A DNA stretch of 60,313 nucleotides from an uncultured Ectothiorhodospiraceae bacterium (GTDB lineage: Bacteria > Pseudomonadota > Gammaproteobacteria > S012-40): contig CALZHW010000004.1 in assembly GCA_945787125.1 (NCBI GenBank), positions 3,139 through 63,451 of the forward strand, written 5' to 3'. This document shows positions 42,899 to 52,119 of the stretch, piece after piece. Below the pieces are notes generated by a model. The model was not told where the DNA came from, did no database searches, and saw only the letters and a list, made by a program, of their open reading frames with translations. Within the stretch, counting starts at the first letter, position 1. Every line of letters starts with the position of its first letter. Made by a program: the position numbers and the translations under genes.

Positions 42899-43480
42899 TT
42901 AGTTTGTGCGCAAAAAATTGTTCAGCAGGTCGAGTCCAAATTGGGAGAGAATTGACTCAGGATGGAATTGTACGCCTTCAATAGCCAGTGTTTTGTGCCT
43001 TATACCCATAATTTCGTCCATAGAGCCATCTGGTGTCTCTGTCCAGGCAATTATTTCAAGGCAATCAGGCAGGTTGTCTTTATTGATAACGAGTGAGTGA
43101 TAACGGGTTGCCTCAAATGGGCTCTGGATTCCAGAGAATACGCCCTTATTGTGGTGATGAATCATCGAGGTTTTACCATGCATGATTTCTTTGGCGTGAA
43201 TCACTTCTCCGCCAAATGCTTGGCCGATGCTTTGGTGCCCCAGGCACACGCCAAATAATGGAATCTTGCCCGCAAACGTTTTGATGGCATCAAGAGAAAT
43301 GCCCGCTTCATTCGGTGTGCAGGGACCCGGTGAAATCATAATGCGCTCTGGGTTTAGTGTACGAATCTCCTCAATGGAGATTTTATCATTGCGCTCAACC
43401 TTTACATCAGCACCCAGTTCGCCTAGGTATTGTACGAGGTTGTAGGTAAAAGAATCATAATTATCAATCATCAATAGCAT
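42899..43480 (-). CDS. trpG: anthranilate synthase component II (glutamine amidotransferase)
   Basis: 193 aa. [25 protein letters not shown] and FHPES triad motifs. Confidence 0.92.
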   Translation of the reverse strand: MLLMIDNYDSFTYNLVQYLGELGADVKVERNDKISIEEIRTLNPERIMISPGPCTPNEAGISLDAIKTFAGKIPLFGVCLGHQSIGQAFGGEVIHAKEIMHGKTSMIHHHNKGVFSGIQSPFEATRYHSLVINKDNLPDCLEIIAWTETPDGSMDEIMGIRHKTLAIEGVQFHPESILSQFGLDLLNNFLRTN

Positions 43481-43606
43481 AAATTGTTCAGCTCCCGTTC
43501 AAGCCGCAAGTTTATCATTACAGGGATAAATTAACAGCGAATTGCTAAGCGTGCGCTTAAACTTAGGGCGTTGGCAGTAAAAAAGTTGCATTGGAGTATT
43601 GCAATA

Positions 43607-43625
43607 ATGAATGAGAATCATTATC
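43607..43625. promoter_or_regulatory. Fur box upstream of the Fe(3+) ABC transporter
   Basis: ATGAATGAGAATCATTATC compared with the consensus GATAATGATAATCATTATC. The 3' 16 nt differ at one position. Lies ~60 nt upstream of the ATG at 43684. Confidence 0.7.
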
Positions 43626-43683
43626 ATTTGGAAGTGTGTAATTTGTGTCTGATAGACAAAAATTCAAAATAATTGGAGATGTT

Positions 43684-44673
43684 ATGAAGCGAGCGATATT
43701 TTTTATTATATTAATGTTATTGCCAACGGCGGCCATATTGGCGGATGAGCTGGTTATCTATTCAGGGCGCAGTGACAAATTTGTTAAACCCGTGGTTGAG
43801 GAGTTTAGTCGACAAACCGGCATCAAGGTTATTTTACATTCAGCTGAATCTTCCGCGCTGGTTAATAAGTTAAAACTGGAAGGAGAGCGTACAGATGCTG
43901 ATTTGTTTATTAGTAATGATGCAGGGAATTTGCAAGCAGGCAGTGATTTAGCCTTGTTTGCCGAGCTGCCTGAGAATATTACTAATGCCATTCCAGCTAA
44001 TTTCAAGGCGGCAGATAGAACTTGGTTGGGTTTGTCTGCGCGTGCCAGAGTTTTAGTGGTTAATACCCAGAGTGACGCAGCCGGGCAGTTAGATTCGGTT
44101 TTTGATCTAGCGCGCGCAGATATGAAAGATAAGATTGCCATTACCAGCAGCGCAAACGGCAGCTTTATTGCGGGTGTTACAGTGTATATGGAGCAGGCAG
44201 GTAAGGAAAAAACCCTAAGCTGGCTGAAGGGGGTTGCTGATAATGCTGGACGAAACATTTTCAATAAACATAGCAAGGTGGTTAACGCTGTCGCCAAGGG
44301 TAAAGTGGCTGTCGGCTTGGTCAATCACTACTATATTTATCGTCATTTAGCGGCTGATCCAGCAGCGCCGATTAAAATTGTCTTACCTGACCAAGATGGT
44401 ATGGGCATCGCTTGGAACGTAGCAGGTGTGGCAGTTTCTAAATACAGCAAACGGAAGCCGGCTGCACTGAAGCTGGTGGCGTTTTTAGCCAGCCAGCAAG
44501 GGCAAAAAATCTTCGCTGAAGTGAATAAAGAATACCCAACCAGAGCCGATGTTGCGACGGATAAAGATATTCCTGCGCTGGCCAGTTTGAAAATCGCTGA
44601 CGTACCGATGAGCAAGCTGGGCACATTACGCAATGCCACGATAGATCTCATTGAAAAATCGGGTTTACCATAA
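43684..44673 (+). CDS. Fe(3+) ABC transporter periplasmic substrate-binding protein
   Basis: Signal peptide MKRAIFFIILMLLPTAAILA. LVIYSGRSDKFVKPVVEEF... is typical of FbpA/AfuA-type binding proteins. GGAGA lies upstream of the ATG. The listed ORF begins at an upstream GTG. Confidence 0.8.
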   Translation: MKRAIFFIILMLLPTAAILADELVIYSGRSDKFVKPVVEEFSRQTGIKVILHSAESSALVNKLKLEGERTDADLFISNDAGNLQAGSDLALFAELPENITNAIPANFKAADRTWLGLSARARVLVVNTQSDAAGQLDSVFDLARADMKDKIAITSSANGSFIAGVTVYMEQAGKEKTLSWLKGVADNAGRNIFNKHSKVVNAVAKGKVAVGLVNHYYIYRHLAADPAAPIKIVLPDQDGMGIAWNVAGVAVSKYSKRKPAALKLVAFLASQQGQKIFAEVNKEYPTRADVATDKDIPALASLKIADVPMSKLGTLRNATIDLIEKSGLP

Positions 44674-44707
44674 ACCTAAGTTTAACTAATAGTTGAGATT
44701 ATTTTTG

Positions 44708-46303
44708 ATGAGCCAAACCCTTACTCAGGTATTTCGACAATCGATACGTGTCGGCAAGCTAGGACTAATCGCTGGTGCGGTTGTCCTGTTTGTCGTTATG
44801 CCGCTGTTATATATCATTGATTTCGGCTTTAGTTTATCACTGGAAGAATGGTTGTTGTTGTGGGATAACCGTATCCCCTCATTGTTATGGAATACGCTTT
44901 TATTGGCCTTTTTGGTGGCGTTAATGAGCTTGCTTATTGGTGTTCCAACGGCCTGGATTATTGCTAGACGAGAGTTTGTCGGCCGGAAAATAGCGATTTG
45001 GTTAATGTTATTACCGTTAACCATTCCGACGTATGTATTTGCCCATATTTATACCGTGCTGATGGATGATGACGGCTGGCTCGGTCAGGTTTGGCGCTGG
45101 TTATTTGGTGAAGCATCGCCAATACCTGATATCAGCCATGTGTTTGGTGTCGCATTTGTTTTAACGCTTGCTGGGTTTTCGTACATATTTCTACTGGTAC
45201 GCGCATCTTTATCTCATTCAACGAAAGACCTGGAAGAAGCGGCGAGAATACAGGGCGCTTCACCTTCAATGGTTTTTTATTTGGTGAATTTGCCCTTGAT
45301 GCGCCCAGCGATTGCTGCCGGTTTAGCGGTCATTGTATTGCACGTATTATCTGATTTTGGCGCTGTGAGTATGTTGCGCTATCAAACATTTACCTTGAGT
45401 ATTTATTCTCAAATGACCGGTCGCCTAGACTACAGTGCGGCAGCGGCGTTAAGCTTTGTTTTGATTGCCTTGAGTTTAACTTTTTTAACGTTAGAGCGCT
45501 TTTTCCGCAAGCGTCAGCGTTTTTATTCCGGCGCGCAAACTAAGTTTATAACACGCCGCCCGACCTCCACAAAAGAGCATTTACTAATTTGGATATGGTT
45601 GGGTTCGATTGCATTTTTTGCGTTTATTTTGCCGTTATTATGGATGATTAGTTGGAGTTGGACAGCGCTACAAAAAGATTTACTGACCACTGATTTCTGG
45701 GGTTATGCGCTTAACTCTGGCGTTATCGCTTTTGCCGCCGCGACACTGACGCTGATCGCCGCGTTCCCAATTGCTTTTTATCATACCCGCGTGCATAGCC
45801 AGTTAAGTCAGACTTATTTAAATTTATCCAGCGTGGGTTTTGCATTGCCTGGGCCGGTCATTGCGCTCGGTGTTTTGACGTTTATTTTAGCGCAATTGCC
45901 CATTATATATGGAACAATGATTGCGCTATTAATTGCGATGGTGATTCGATTTTTACCGTTAGCGGTTCAGTCGCAAGAAGCGGCCTTGCAACAATTAACG
46001 CCATCGGTGGAAGAGGCCGGGCGTATGTTAGGTGCCGGGCCCATTGAAAACCTGCGGCGGGTGACTTTGCCGATTATTCGTGGCGGTATGGCCAGTGCGT
46101 GGGTATTGGTGTTTATTGATACTTTAAAAGAACTGCCGGCGACTTTAATATTACGCCCAACCGGGTTTGATACATTACCTGTGCGTATCTGGATTGAAGC
46201 CAGTGAAGAAATGCTGGAATTGGCGGCACCTGCAGCTTTAATGCTGGTTATTGGCACTTTGCCTGCGATTTGGCTTATGCGTAAAAGTGAGCGGCAAGAA
46301 TAA
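44708..46303 (+). CDS. iron ABC transporter permease (duplicated two-module type)
   Basis: About 530 aa with ~12 TM. Two EAA-loop-like regions (LEEAARIQGAS and VEEAGRMLGAG). No ATPase gene follows. Confidence 0.8.
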   Translation: MSQTLTQVFRQSIRVGKLGLIAGAVVLFVVMPLLYIIDFGFSLSLEEWLLLWDNRIPSLLWNTLLLAFLVALMSLLIGVPTAWIIARREFVGRKIAIWLMLLPLTIPTYVFAHIYTVLMDDDGWLGQVWRWLFGEASPIPDISHVFGVAFVLTLAGFSYIFLLVRASLSHSTKDLEEAARIQGASPSMVFYLVNLPLMRPAIAAGLAVIVLHVLSDFGAVSMLRYQTFTLSIYSQMTGRLDYSAAAALSFVLIALSLTFLTLERFFRKRQRFYSGAQTKFITRRPTSTKEHLLIWIWLGSIAFFAFILPLLWMISWSWTALQKDLLTTDFWGYALNSGVIAFAAATLTLIAAFPIAFYHTRVHSQLSQTYLNLSSVGFALPGPVIALGVLTFILAQLPIIYGTMIALLIAMVIRFLPLAVQSQEAALQQLTPSVEEAGRMLGAGPIENLRRVTLPIIRGGMASAWVLVFIDTLKELPATLILRPTGFDTLPVRIWIEASEEMLELAAPAALMLVIGTLPAIWLMRKSERQE

Positions 46304-46509
46304 ATTCCCTAAGTTAAGCGTTGAATTTAAAATCATCAGTTGATCACTTATAAACAGAGCTAAACCTTTGGCATTATTGTGTATCATGCTTTATCCCGTC
46401 TTTGTTCAAAAGGTGAGTGCACCACATGTAGTCAAACTGAATACTTTAGGTTGTACCCTGTGCTTTGCTTCAGTAAAATAACCTTCTTTTAACAATAGTT
46501 ATATCAAAA

Positions 46510-47235
46510 ATGAAAAATATATTATTAATATCAGTGCTTTGTCTTATTTTACTGGGTTGCACTGGTAATGCTTACAATGAATTGCAGCTTGCTTCAGCAC
46601 GCGGTCAAACCGATGTTATCGGTACGATGCTGGATAACGGTGCTGATGTCAATGCGCCTAACAAACATGGAAAGACGCCTTTAATGTTAGCCGCAGGCAA
46701 TGGTCGAGTGGACACGGTTAAATTATTGCTCAGCCGAAATGCAATAATTAGCGCGCGTGACATTGATGGTATGACCGCGTTGATGATGGCATCCTCAAGT
46801 GGTGAAGCAGCCGTGGCGGAGGTGCTTGTTGCGCACGGTGCGGATATTAATGTCACCAATAACTATAACGCTAGTGCCATAACCAACGCAGCATTTTTCA
46901 ACAAAGTAGCAACATTGGAAGCGTTGTTAAAAAGCGACATTAAGGTTGATCCTGAGATTGGTGAGAGCTCCTTACTAATTGCGGCAGGTTTGGGTAATGA
47001 CGAGGTGATAATCCGCTTACTGAATTATGGTATTAATGTAAACGCCACCGGCAAAAAAGGTCGTACCCCATTAATGGCAGCGGTGGAGTTTAATCATCCC
47101 TCTACCGTTAAATTGTTGCTTGAAAGTAAAGCTGACGCCAAAGTGCGTGATTCTGAGGGAAATTCGGTGATGCAGATTGCGGAAGACGAGGGTGACAATT
47201 CGATTATTCAGTTGTTAAAGGATTTCGGTGGTTAA
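46510..47235 (+). CDS. ankyrin-repeat lipoprotein
   Basis: Lipobox LLGC. About six ANK repeats (GKTPLMLAAGNGRVDTVKLLLSRNA..., GRTPLMAAVEFNHPSTVKLLLESKAD...). Confidence 0.8.
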   Translation: MKNILLISVLCLILLGCTGNAYNELQLASARGQTDVIGTMLDNGADVNAPNKHGKTPLMLAAGNGRVDTVKLLLSRNAIISARDIDGMTALMMASSSGEAAVAEVLVAHGADINVTNNYNASAITNAAFFNKVATLEALLKSDIKVDPEIGESSLLIAAGLGNDEVIIRLLNYGINVNATGKKGRTPLMAAVEFNHPSTVKLLLESKADAKVRDSEGNSVMQIAEDEGDNSIIQLLKDFGG

Positions 47236-47375
47236 CGATAGGAGTCTATTCGAGTAGATTTCTATTATTGCTCACAGTGGCAAGGTTTTATGAACCTGCC
47301 ACTACGAACGCTTATTATGGGAATAATTTGAATTCCAATTGTGAGTTAATATCTAGATCGTACAGGCGTAATATC

Positions 47376-48053
47376 TTACCTGGCTCCTTTGGGTTGTTTG
47401 GCTTTTTCTTGCTCGCTTGCGGGAAAAGGTTGATCTGTGTCGCGCCACCAAGCGGCTGGCGAGCCTTCATGGGGAACGCTATGACAGCGTTCACAGGTCC
47501 ACAATGGAAAGGCGACTTTATCATGGCAGCGGCCGCAATATTTTCCTGCGACAATGGCATCCATGCCAATCTCAGGGTTGCCACCTTTCTGGGGAATAAA
47601 AATTGCAGGATGACAGTTAGAGCAATCTAACCAGCGGGTGTGAGCCAAGTGCGGAAATCGTACCCAAGGCATTTGCCCAGTGTCTTGAAACACGATATCC
47701 ATGTCCATGATGTTCATTTGCTCTTCGCCAGCGCGGCTCATGCGCGGGCTGATGATGCCTTCATCAATAGCTTTGACCCAGTTTACCCCGCCGCGTCGAT
47801 CAGCGGGAAAGTCGTCCATTGACTCACTAGGTTCCTGTAGCGAATTTAATGCATCGTTATTTAAGTCGTGTAACCCGTCCTCGCGTAATGAGACGGTCGT
47901 CGGCTTGTTGACGAACACCCGACTGTCTTGCTCTTCGTAGACACTGGTGTTGCCAATTACCGTATATTCTGCTCCCTGGCGACTGCTACAAGACCATAAT
48001 ATGGTCAGTGCAAAGCAGGCGATGAGCAGGCTAAGCAATATTCGAAGTTTCAT
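47376..48053 (-). CDS. triheme c7/c3-type cytochrome lipoprotein
   Basis: ATG at 48053 preceded by AGGAGGG. Signal/lipobox LWSCSS. Three CxxCH motifs clustered in the C-terminal ~70 aa (CSNCH, CGRCH, CERCH). Confidence 0.75.
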   Translation of the reverse strand: MKLRILLSLLIACFALTILWSCSSRQGAEYTVIGNTSVYEEQDSRVFVNKPTTVSLREDGLHDLNNDALNSLQEPSESMDDFPADRRGGVNWVKAIDEGIISPRMSRAGEEQMNIMDMDIVFQDTGQMPWVRFPHLAHTRWLDCSNCHPAIFIPQKGGNPEIGMDAIVAGKYCGRCHDKVAFPLWTCERCHSVPHEGSPAAWWRDTDQPFPASEQEKAKQPKGAR

Positions 48054-48078
48054 TGCATCCCTCCTATGCGTTGAGTTG

Positions 48079-48624
48079 TTAGGGTCTGGCCCCTGCTTTC
48101 TGCAATAATAATAAAATATCATTGTTATTTTCAGTCACAGCAATCATAAAAGCATTTCTCCCATCTTCCGCTTTTATTGCCAAATCCGCATTACTTTCTA
48201 TTAATAATCTTGCGGTTTCGGTTTGTTCTTGTAGGGAAGCCCACATTAATGCTGACCAGCCTCTTTTGGTCGTTGCATTGATATCCGCATTTTGCTCCAG
48301 CAAATAAGCCAGCATCTCATTATTGCCTTTTTCGGCGGCACGTATTAGTGCTGTCCAGCCCGCGTTATCCGCTGCGTTAACGTCGGCGCCATTTTCGACA
48401 AGTAATTTTGCTGTTTCCAGCTGACCGTTGCGTGCTGCATGGATTAATGGAGTCCAGTTATAATTATTTCGTTCGTTTACATCAGCACCCGCATCAAGCA
48501 TTGTTTTGACTTTATCGGTATCCCCATCGATGCTGGCTTTCATCAAAGCGGTGTTTTCGTCACAGGCAATCAGTAAAAGTGCCAATGAAAGTATACATAT
48601 AGTGAAAGTGAAGGATTTTGTCAA
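48079..48624 (-). CDS. ankyrin-repeat lipoprotein
   Basis: 181 aa. Lipobox LLIAC. About four ANK repeats (NWTPLIHAARNGQLETAKLLVENGADVN, GWTALIRAAEKGNNEMLAYLLEQNADIN...). TTG start as listed. Confidence 0.7.
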   Translation of the reverse strand: MTKSFTFTICILSLALLLIACDENTALMKASIDGDTDKVKTMLDAGADVNERNNYNWTPLIHAARNGQLETAKLLVENGADVNAADNAGWTALIRAAEKGNNEMLAYLLEQNADINATTKRGWSALMWASLQEQTETARLLIESNADLAIKAEDGRNAFMIAVTENNNDILLLLQKAGARP

Positions 48625-48655
48625 AATTAGATCCGGTGATTAAGGTTGTTGTTAG

Positions 48656-48864
48656 CTCGGATATTTCATGAATTCACGAGATTATTGCAAAGAGATTTGA
48701 TTTTACAGAAGATTATCTGATTGAGCGCCGTCGTACCCGTGCGTACGGTCGATCGAAGATAATATTCTGTAGAATCAAAGCTACCGCGTCCTGCTTTCGC
48801 TTACTCCCATGTAAGCGAAGATCAAGCGAGAACGAGAAATAGTGTAATTCATGAATTATCCAGG
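48656..48864. mobile_element. MITE-like palindromic repeat, family 2, copy B (inverted relative to copy A, with ~38-bp insertion)
   Basis: The reverse complement of 14603-14762 aligns end to end, apart from the extra segment CTACCGCGTCCTGCTTTCGCTTACTCCCATGTAAGCGA and a 5-bp indel. Confidence 0.7.
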
Positions 48865-49012
48865 TTAGATTGGAATAGACTATAACATGCCGAAGGGGAT
48901 TCAATAAACATCCGCATTCCAGGGGGAATGAGTTATTGGTTTTGCGAGCTTGGGGGCAAGATCTGAGTTTGAGTGTAGTTAACCGTACTCAAACTCAGGT
49001 TTTTGGATGGGT

Positions 49013-50008
49013 TTATGGGTTGCGTAAGACCTCAAGTGTGTCCGTTGTTTCGACTCTTACAGCTTCAACTTTTACTGATGCTCCAATGTCGGTGAGCCCG
49101 CGTACATTGCGGAGAATCGACGCATCATTACTTGCTCCCATAATAACGAGTCCTGTATCGCCTTTAAGCTGATCGGCTTCTAACGATTTGGCATCGAAAG
49201 TCGCTACTCGGGTATCATAGTTTGCCTGTGCGCTGTCAATGGCCGCTTGATCGCCTGAGGCAATGGCGTTATTGAGTATGATTTGAGCAATTCTAACGGC
49301 TTCTTGAGCTTGCCCTACACCAATGGTGTCATAAAGCCAATTGTCCCGGCTTAGGCCGTGTTCTCCACCAAATGATAATTGGTCTAGCTCGTTGCCGAAA
49401 ACGAATAATATTCTAAAGTACGTATCATCCAGTACAAGCTGAATTTTAGATAACTCGGTGGCGTCAAAATTAAAGAAAGGTACTCGAAAGTCCTTAACGT
49501 TCTTTCTGACGGGAAAGTTGCTGCCAGGCGAGGCTTCTTGAACTTGTACAGAAAATTGGCCGGTGGCACTATAGGCAATAATGAAATGAGAGTAAGCCGT
49601 CCATATGCTGCCTTCGCCAGCGGTTACGCCGACTTTTGCCCATTGACTGGAGGGTCTGCTTCGCCCTTGGGGATGTAGGTCAAAACCTTCAAAGGTAAAG
49701 GTGAGTTCACGGTCAAAAAAATCAAAATCGTCAAACACAGGTGTTGCAACGCCACCGAATCGAGGTTCTTCTGTGAGAATATTGATTGCGCCATCGGTGA
49801 TTCCAGCGGTGGTTGGAACACCGCGCAGGGTAGAGAAACGTTTTACCCAGTCCGTACCTTCATTTGGGCGAGTGGAGAGTGAAGGTATTTCCACCTGATC
49901 AAATGAGTCTTCGTACACGGTTGCCGCATAGGCAGGAGTTGCAAGAAAACTGGCTGAGAAAACTGTCCCAACAATCCACTTAGTGAGAGTATTTTGGTTC
50001 ATGGTCAC
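49013..50008 (-). CDS. secreted protein of unknown function
   Basis: 331 aa. Signal peptide ending PAYA-AT. Beta-rich N-terminal two thirds and a helical, Ala/Gln-rich segment. No recognisable motif. Confidence 0.55.
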   Translation of the reverse strand: MTMNQNTLTKWIVGTVFSASFLATPAYAATVYEDSFDQVEIPSLSTRPNEGTDWVKRFSTLRGVPTTAGITDGAINILTEEPRFGGVATPVFDDFDFFDRELTFTFEGFDLHPQGRSRPSSQWAKVGVTAGEGSIWTAYSHFIIAYSATGQFSVQVQEASPGSNFPVRKNVKDFRVPFFNFDATELSKIQLVLDDTYFRILFVFGNELDQLSFGGEHGLSRDNWLYDTIGVGQAQEAVRIAQIILNNAIASGDQAAIDSAQANYDTRVATFDAKSLEADQLKGDTGLVIMGASNDASILRNVRGLTDIGASVKVEAVRVETTDTLEVLRNP

Positions 50009-50190
50009 CCCTTCCGTAAATTTAAAAGATACATTAAGTTTGAACAGAAATCAAGCGATTATACTGCTCAGTATGGTTTTAGGATGCTAATTATACACGA
50101 TTGTATGCAGTTTTCTCCTATCTACCGGTATATTCTTGGCGTGAAGAGTGCCGTGAAAGCCGATAATGTACTATAAAGACAATAATATCA

Positions 50191-51672
50191 CTAGCTTGAG
50201 TGAGCGTGTTTAATTTCCTCCATTATTTGCTGCCAACGATAAAAACGGCGTTTTAAGTCGATATTATCGGCTGGTAGAAAAATCCCCCCTGATTTACCGG
50301 GTTTTATCCCAGCTAAAGTATTTTCGGCTATATCCGACAATTGTACTAGGTTATACATTTCTAGCAAGCCTTGTGCCGTTGCTTCGGCAACAGTGTTACG
50401 TTCAATGGGCAATTGACTAAGATCACTTAATAGCTGGCAGATAGCATCGTTGTTTGCTAGGCCGCCAGAAATAATGATTTGGGTTATTTTGTTATGTTGT
50501 TGCATGAGCCCAATATTGATCTGCAGTAAAAAGATGATACTTTCTGTAACTGCCACAAATTTTTCCTCAACTGAGGCATCTGAGTTAAACACACTTTCGA
50601 TGTTTGCCAGCCAGTAGGGTGAGCCAACACCGGATATTCCATTTATAAATATCGGTGGTTCGTTGCAGTCCGCTATCCACGATTGCAGTTGTGACTCATA
50701 ATTTGTTACAAGGGTTTTATCCGCGAGCCATTGTAACGCTCTGCCAGCGCCATTGACGGTGCCTTCGATGGCGTATAGCGTTTTGTCTGCGCTCAATAAC
50801 AGTGGACTTTTCAATAGGTTGTTTTTTGAGTTGGCAGGTAAATGAGGCTGCGGATTTAAGGCGAAAGCCCCAGTCCCAAGATTGACATATATGACATCTT
50901 CTCGAGGTACACCGCGGTTAAATACGGCGGCGTTTTGATCGCCCGTGCAAACCATTAACGGGATGGGTTTTTCGTTAATGACTAGTTTCCCATATTCGCT
51001 GATAGTTGGCCGGATAGTCGGTAAGCTATCCTGTTTGATGGCAAATGTATTTAACAACCAGGGATCCCAGTTTATGCATTGCAAATTCATTAATAGGGTT
51101 CGGGATGCGTTGGCAGGGTCAATAAAAAAAGGTTTTTCAAGCAGAATATTGTTTAATATGTAAGTTGCTAGTGGCGCGAATTGTAAGTCATGATTTTTGT
51201 CAGCGCGTTTAATTTTTGCTAAGTGTTTTAAGCACCAGCGCATTTTGCTTGCCCCGAAGTGGGCATTTAAAACCAGTCCGGTGCGGGCATAAATTTCATC
51301 AGCGCAGGGTTTATATTCATCAAGTTCATTGTATGATCGCCGGTCTTGCCAAGATATTATGGGCGTTAATGCCTGGCCTGACTGTTTGCTGATGGCAATA
51401 AAACTGCTTCGTTGGGTTGCCAGGCCAGCCGCTTCAATGCACAACCCTTTGCGAGCAACAAAATTACCCACTGAGTTTATGACTTGACGAAAAGACGCTA
51501 GCATTTCTAGTGGATCATGTTCAATGATATTGCCCGGTTTTTCGAGCGTGGTAATTTTACTTTCAGTGTGGAAAATAACTTCTTGGGTTTGTGGAAGGGT
51601 TTGTGAAAAAAGTATCGCTCGTGTAGCATGGCCGCCTTGATCGAGCGCTAAAAAATAACGGTTATTAACCAC
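50191..51672 (-). CDS. FGGY-family carbohydrate kinase
   Basis: 493 aa. N-terminal YFLALDQGGHATRAILF (actin-fold phosphate-1 region), NLGTGAF, and GGLANNDAICQLLSD near the C-terminus. Confidence 0.7.
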   Translation of the reverse strand: MVNNRYFLALDQGGHATRAILFSQTLPQTQEVIFHTESKITTLEKPGNIIEHDPLEMLASFRQVINSVGNFVARKGLCIEAAGLATQRSSFIAISKQSGQALTPIISWQDRRSYNELDEYKPCADEIYARTGLVLNAHFGASKMRWCLKHLAKIKRADKNHDLQFAPLATYILNNILLEKPFFIDPANASRTLLMNLQCINWDPWLLNTFAIKQDSLPTIRPTISEYGKLVINEKPIPLMVCTGDQNAAVFNRGVPREDVIYVNLGTGAFALNPQPHLPANSKNNLLKSPLLLSADKTLYAIEGTVNGAGRALQWLADKTLVTNYESQLQSWIADCNEPPIFINGISGVGSPYWLANIESVFNSDASVEEKFVAVTESIIFLLQINIGLMQQHNKITQIIISGGLANNDAICQLLSDLSQLPIERNTVAEATAQGLLEMYNLVQLSDIAENTLAGIKPGKSGGIFLPADNIDLKRRFYRWQQIMEEIKHAHSS

Positions 51673-51700
51673 GGTAATCTCCCAGTTTTCAAAGGAAAAA

Positions 51701-52078
51701 ATGTTTAATACAATTTTACATGCTAGTGTAATTGTCCATGATTTACCAACCTCACTAAACTTTTATTGTGATACGCTGGGTTTTGAGACAGATATCAGTC
51801 GGCCCGCCTTGGGTTATCCCGGTGCCTGGTTATGGGTTGGTGAGCAGCAAATTCATCTGCTGCAAGTGCCTAATCCTGATCCCACTGAAAATCGTCCTGA
51901 GCATGGCGGTCGAGACAGGCATGTCGCAATTGGTGTCAATGATATAAAACAGTTGGAGGCGCGGTTAGTTTTGCACAGTATTAGATTTACCAAAAGCAAG
52001 TCGGGAAGAGCGGCGTTATTTATTCGTGACCCAGATGGCAATGCGCTTGAGTTTATTCAGCAAGTCGAAATTCTATAA
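51701..52078 (+). CDS. VOC (glyoxalase/bleomycin-resistance/dioxygenase) family protein
   Basis: 125 aa. ILHASVIVHDL...FYCDTLGFE and HVAIGVND...FIRDPDGNALEF are typical of the paired beta-alpha-beta-beta-beta fold. Confidence 0.75.
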   Translation: MFNTILHASVIVHDLPTSLNFYCDTLGFETDISRPALGYPGAWLWVGEQQIHLLQVPNPDPTENRPEHGGRDRHVAIGVNDIKQLEARLVLHSIRFTKSKSGRAALFIRDPDGNALEFIQQVEIL

Positions 52079-52119
52079 CGTTAAAATATCGTTGTTTAAA
52101 TTATTGACTCTAAAGATTT

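Noticed and set aside
47268-47630. 120-aa plus-strand ORF, with small ORFs at 47315-47584, 47417-47599, 47640-47822 and 47701-47940.
   Set aside because: All overlap the minus-strand triheme cytochrome gene, which has three CxxCH motifs, a lipoprotein signal and an AGGAGGG SD sequence. The alternatives have none of these.
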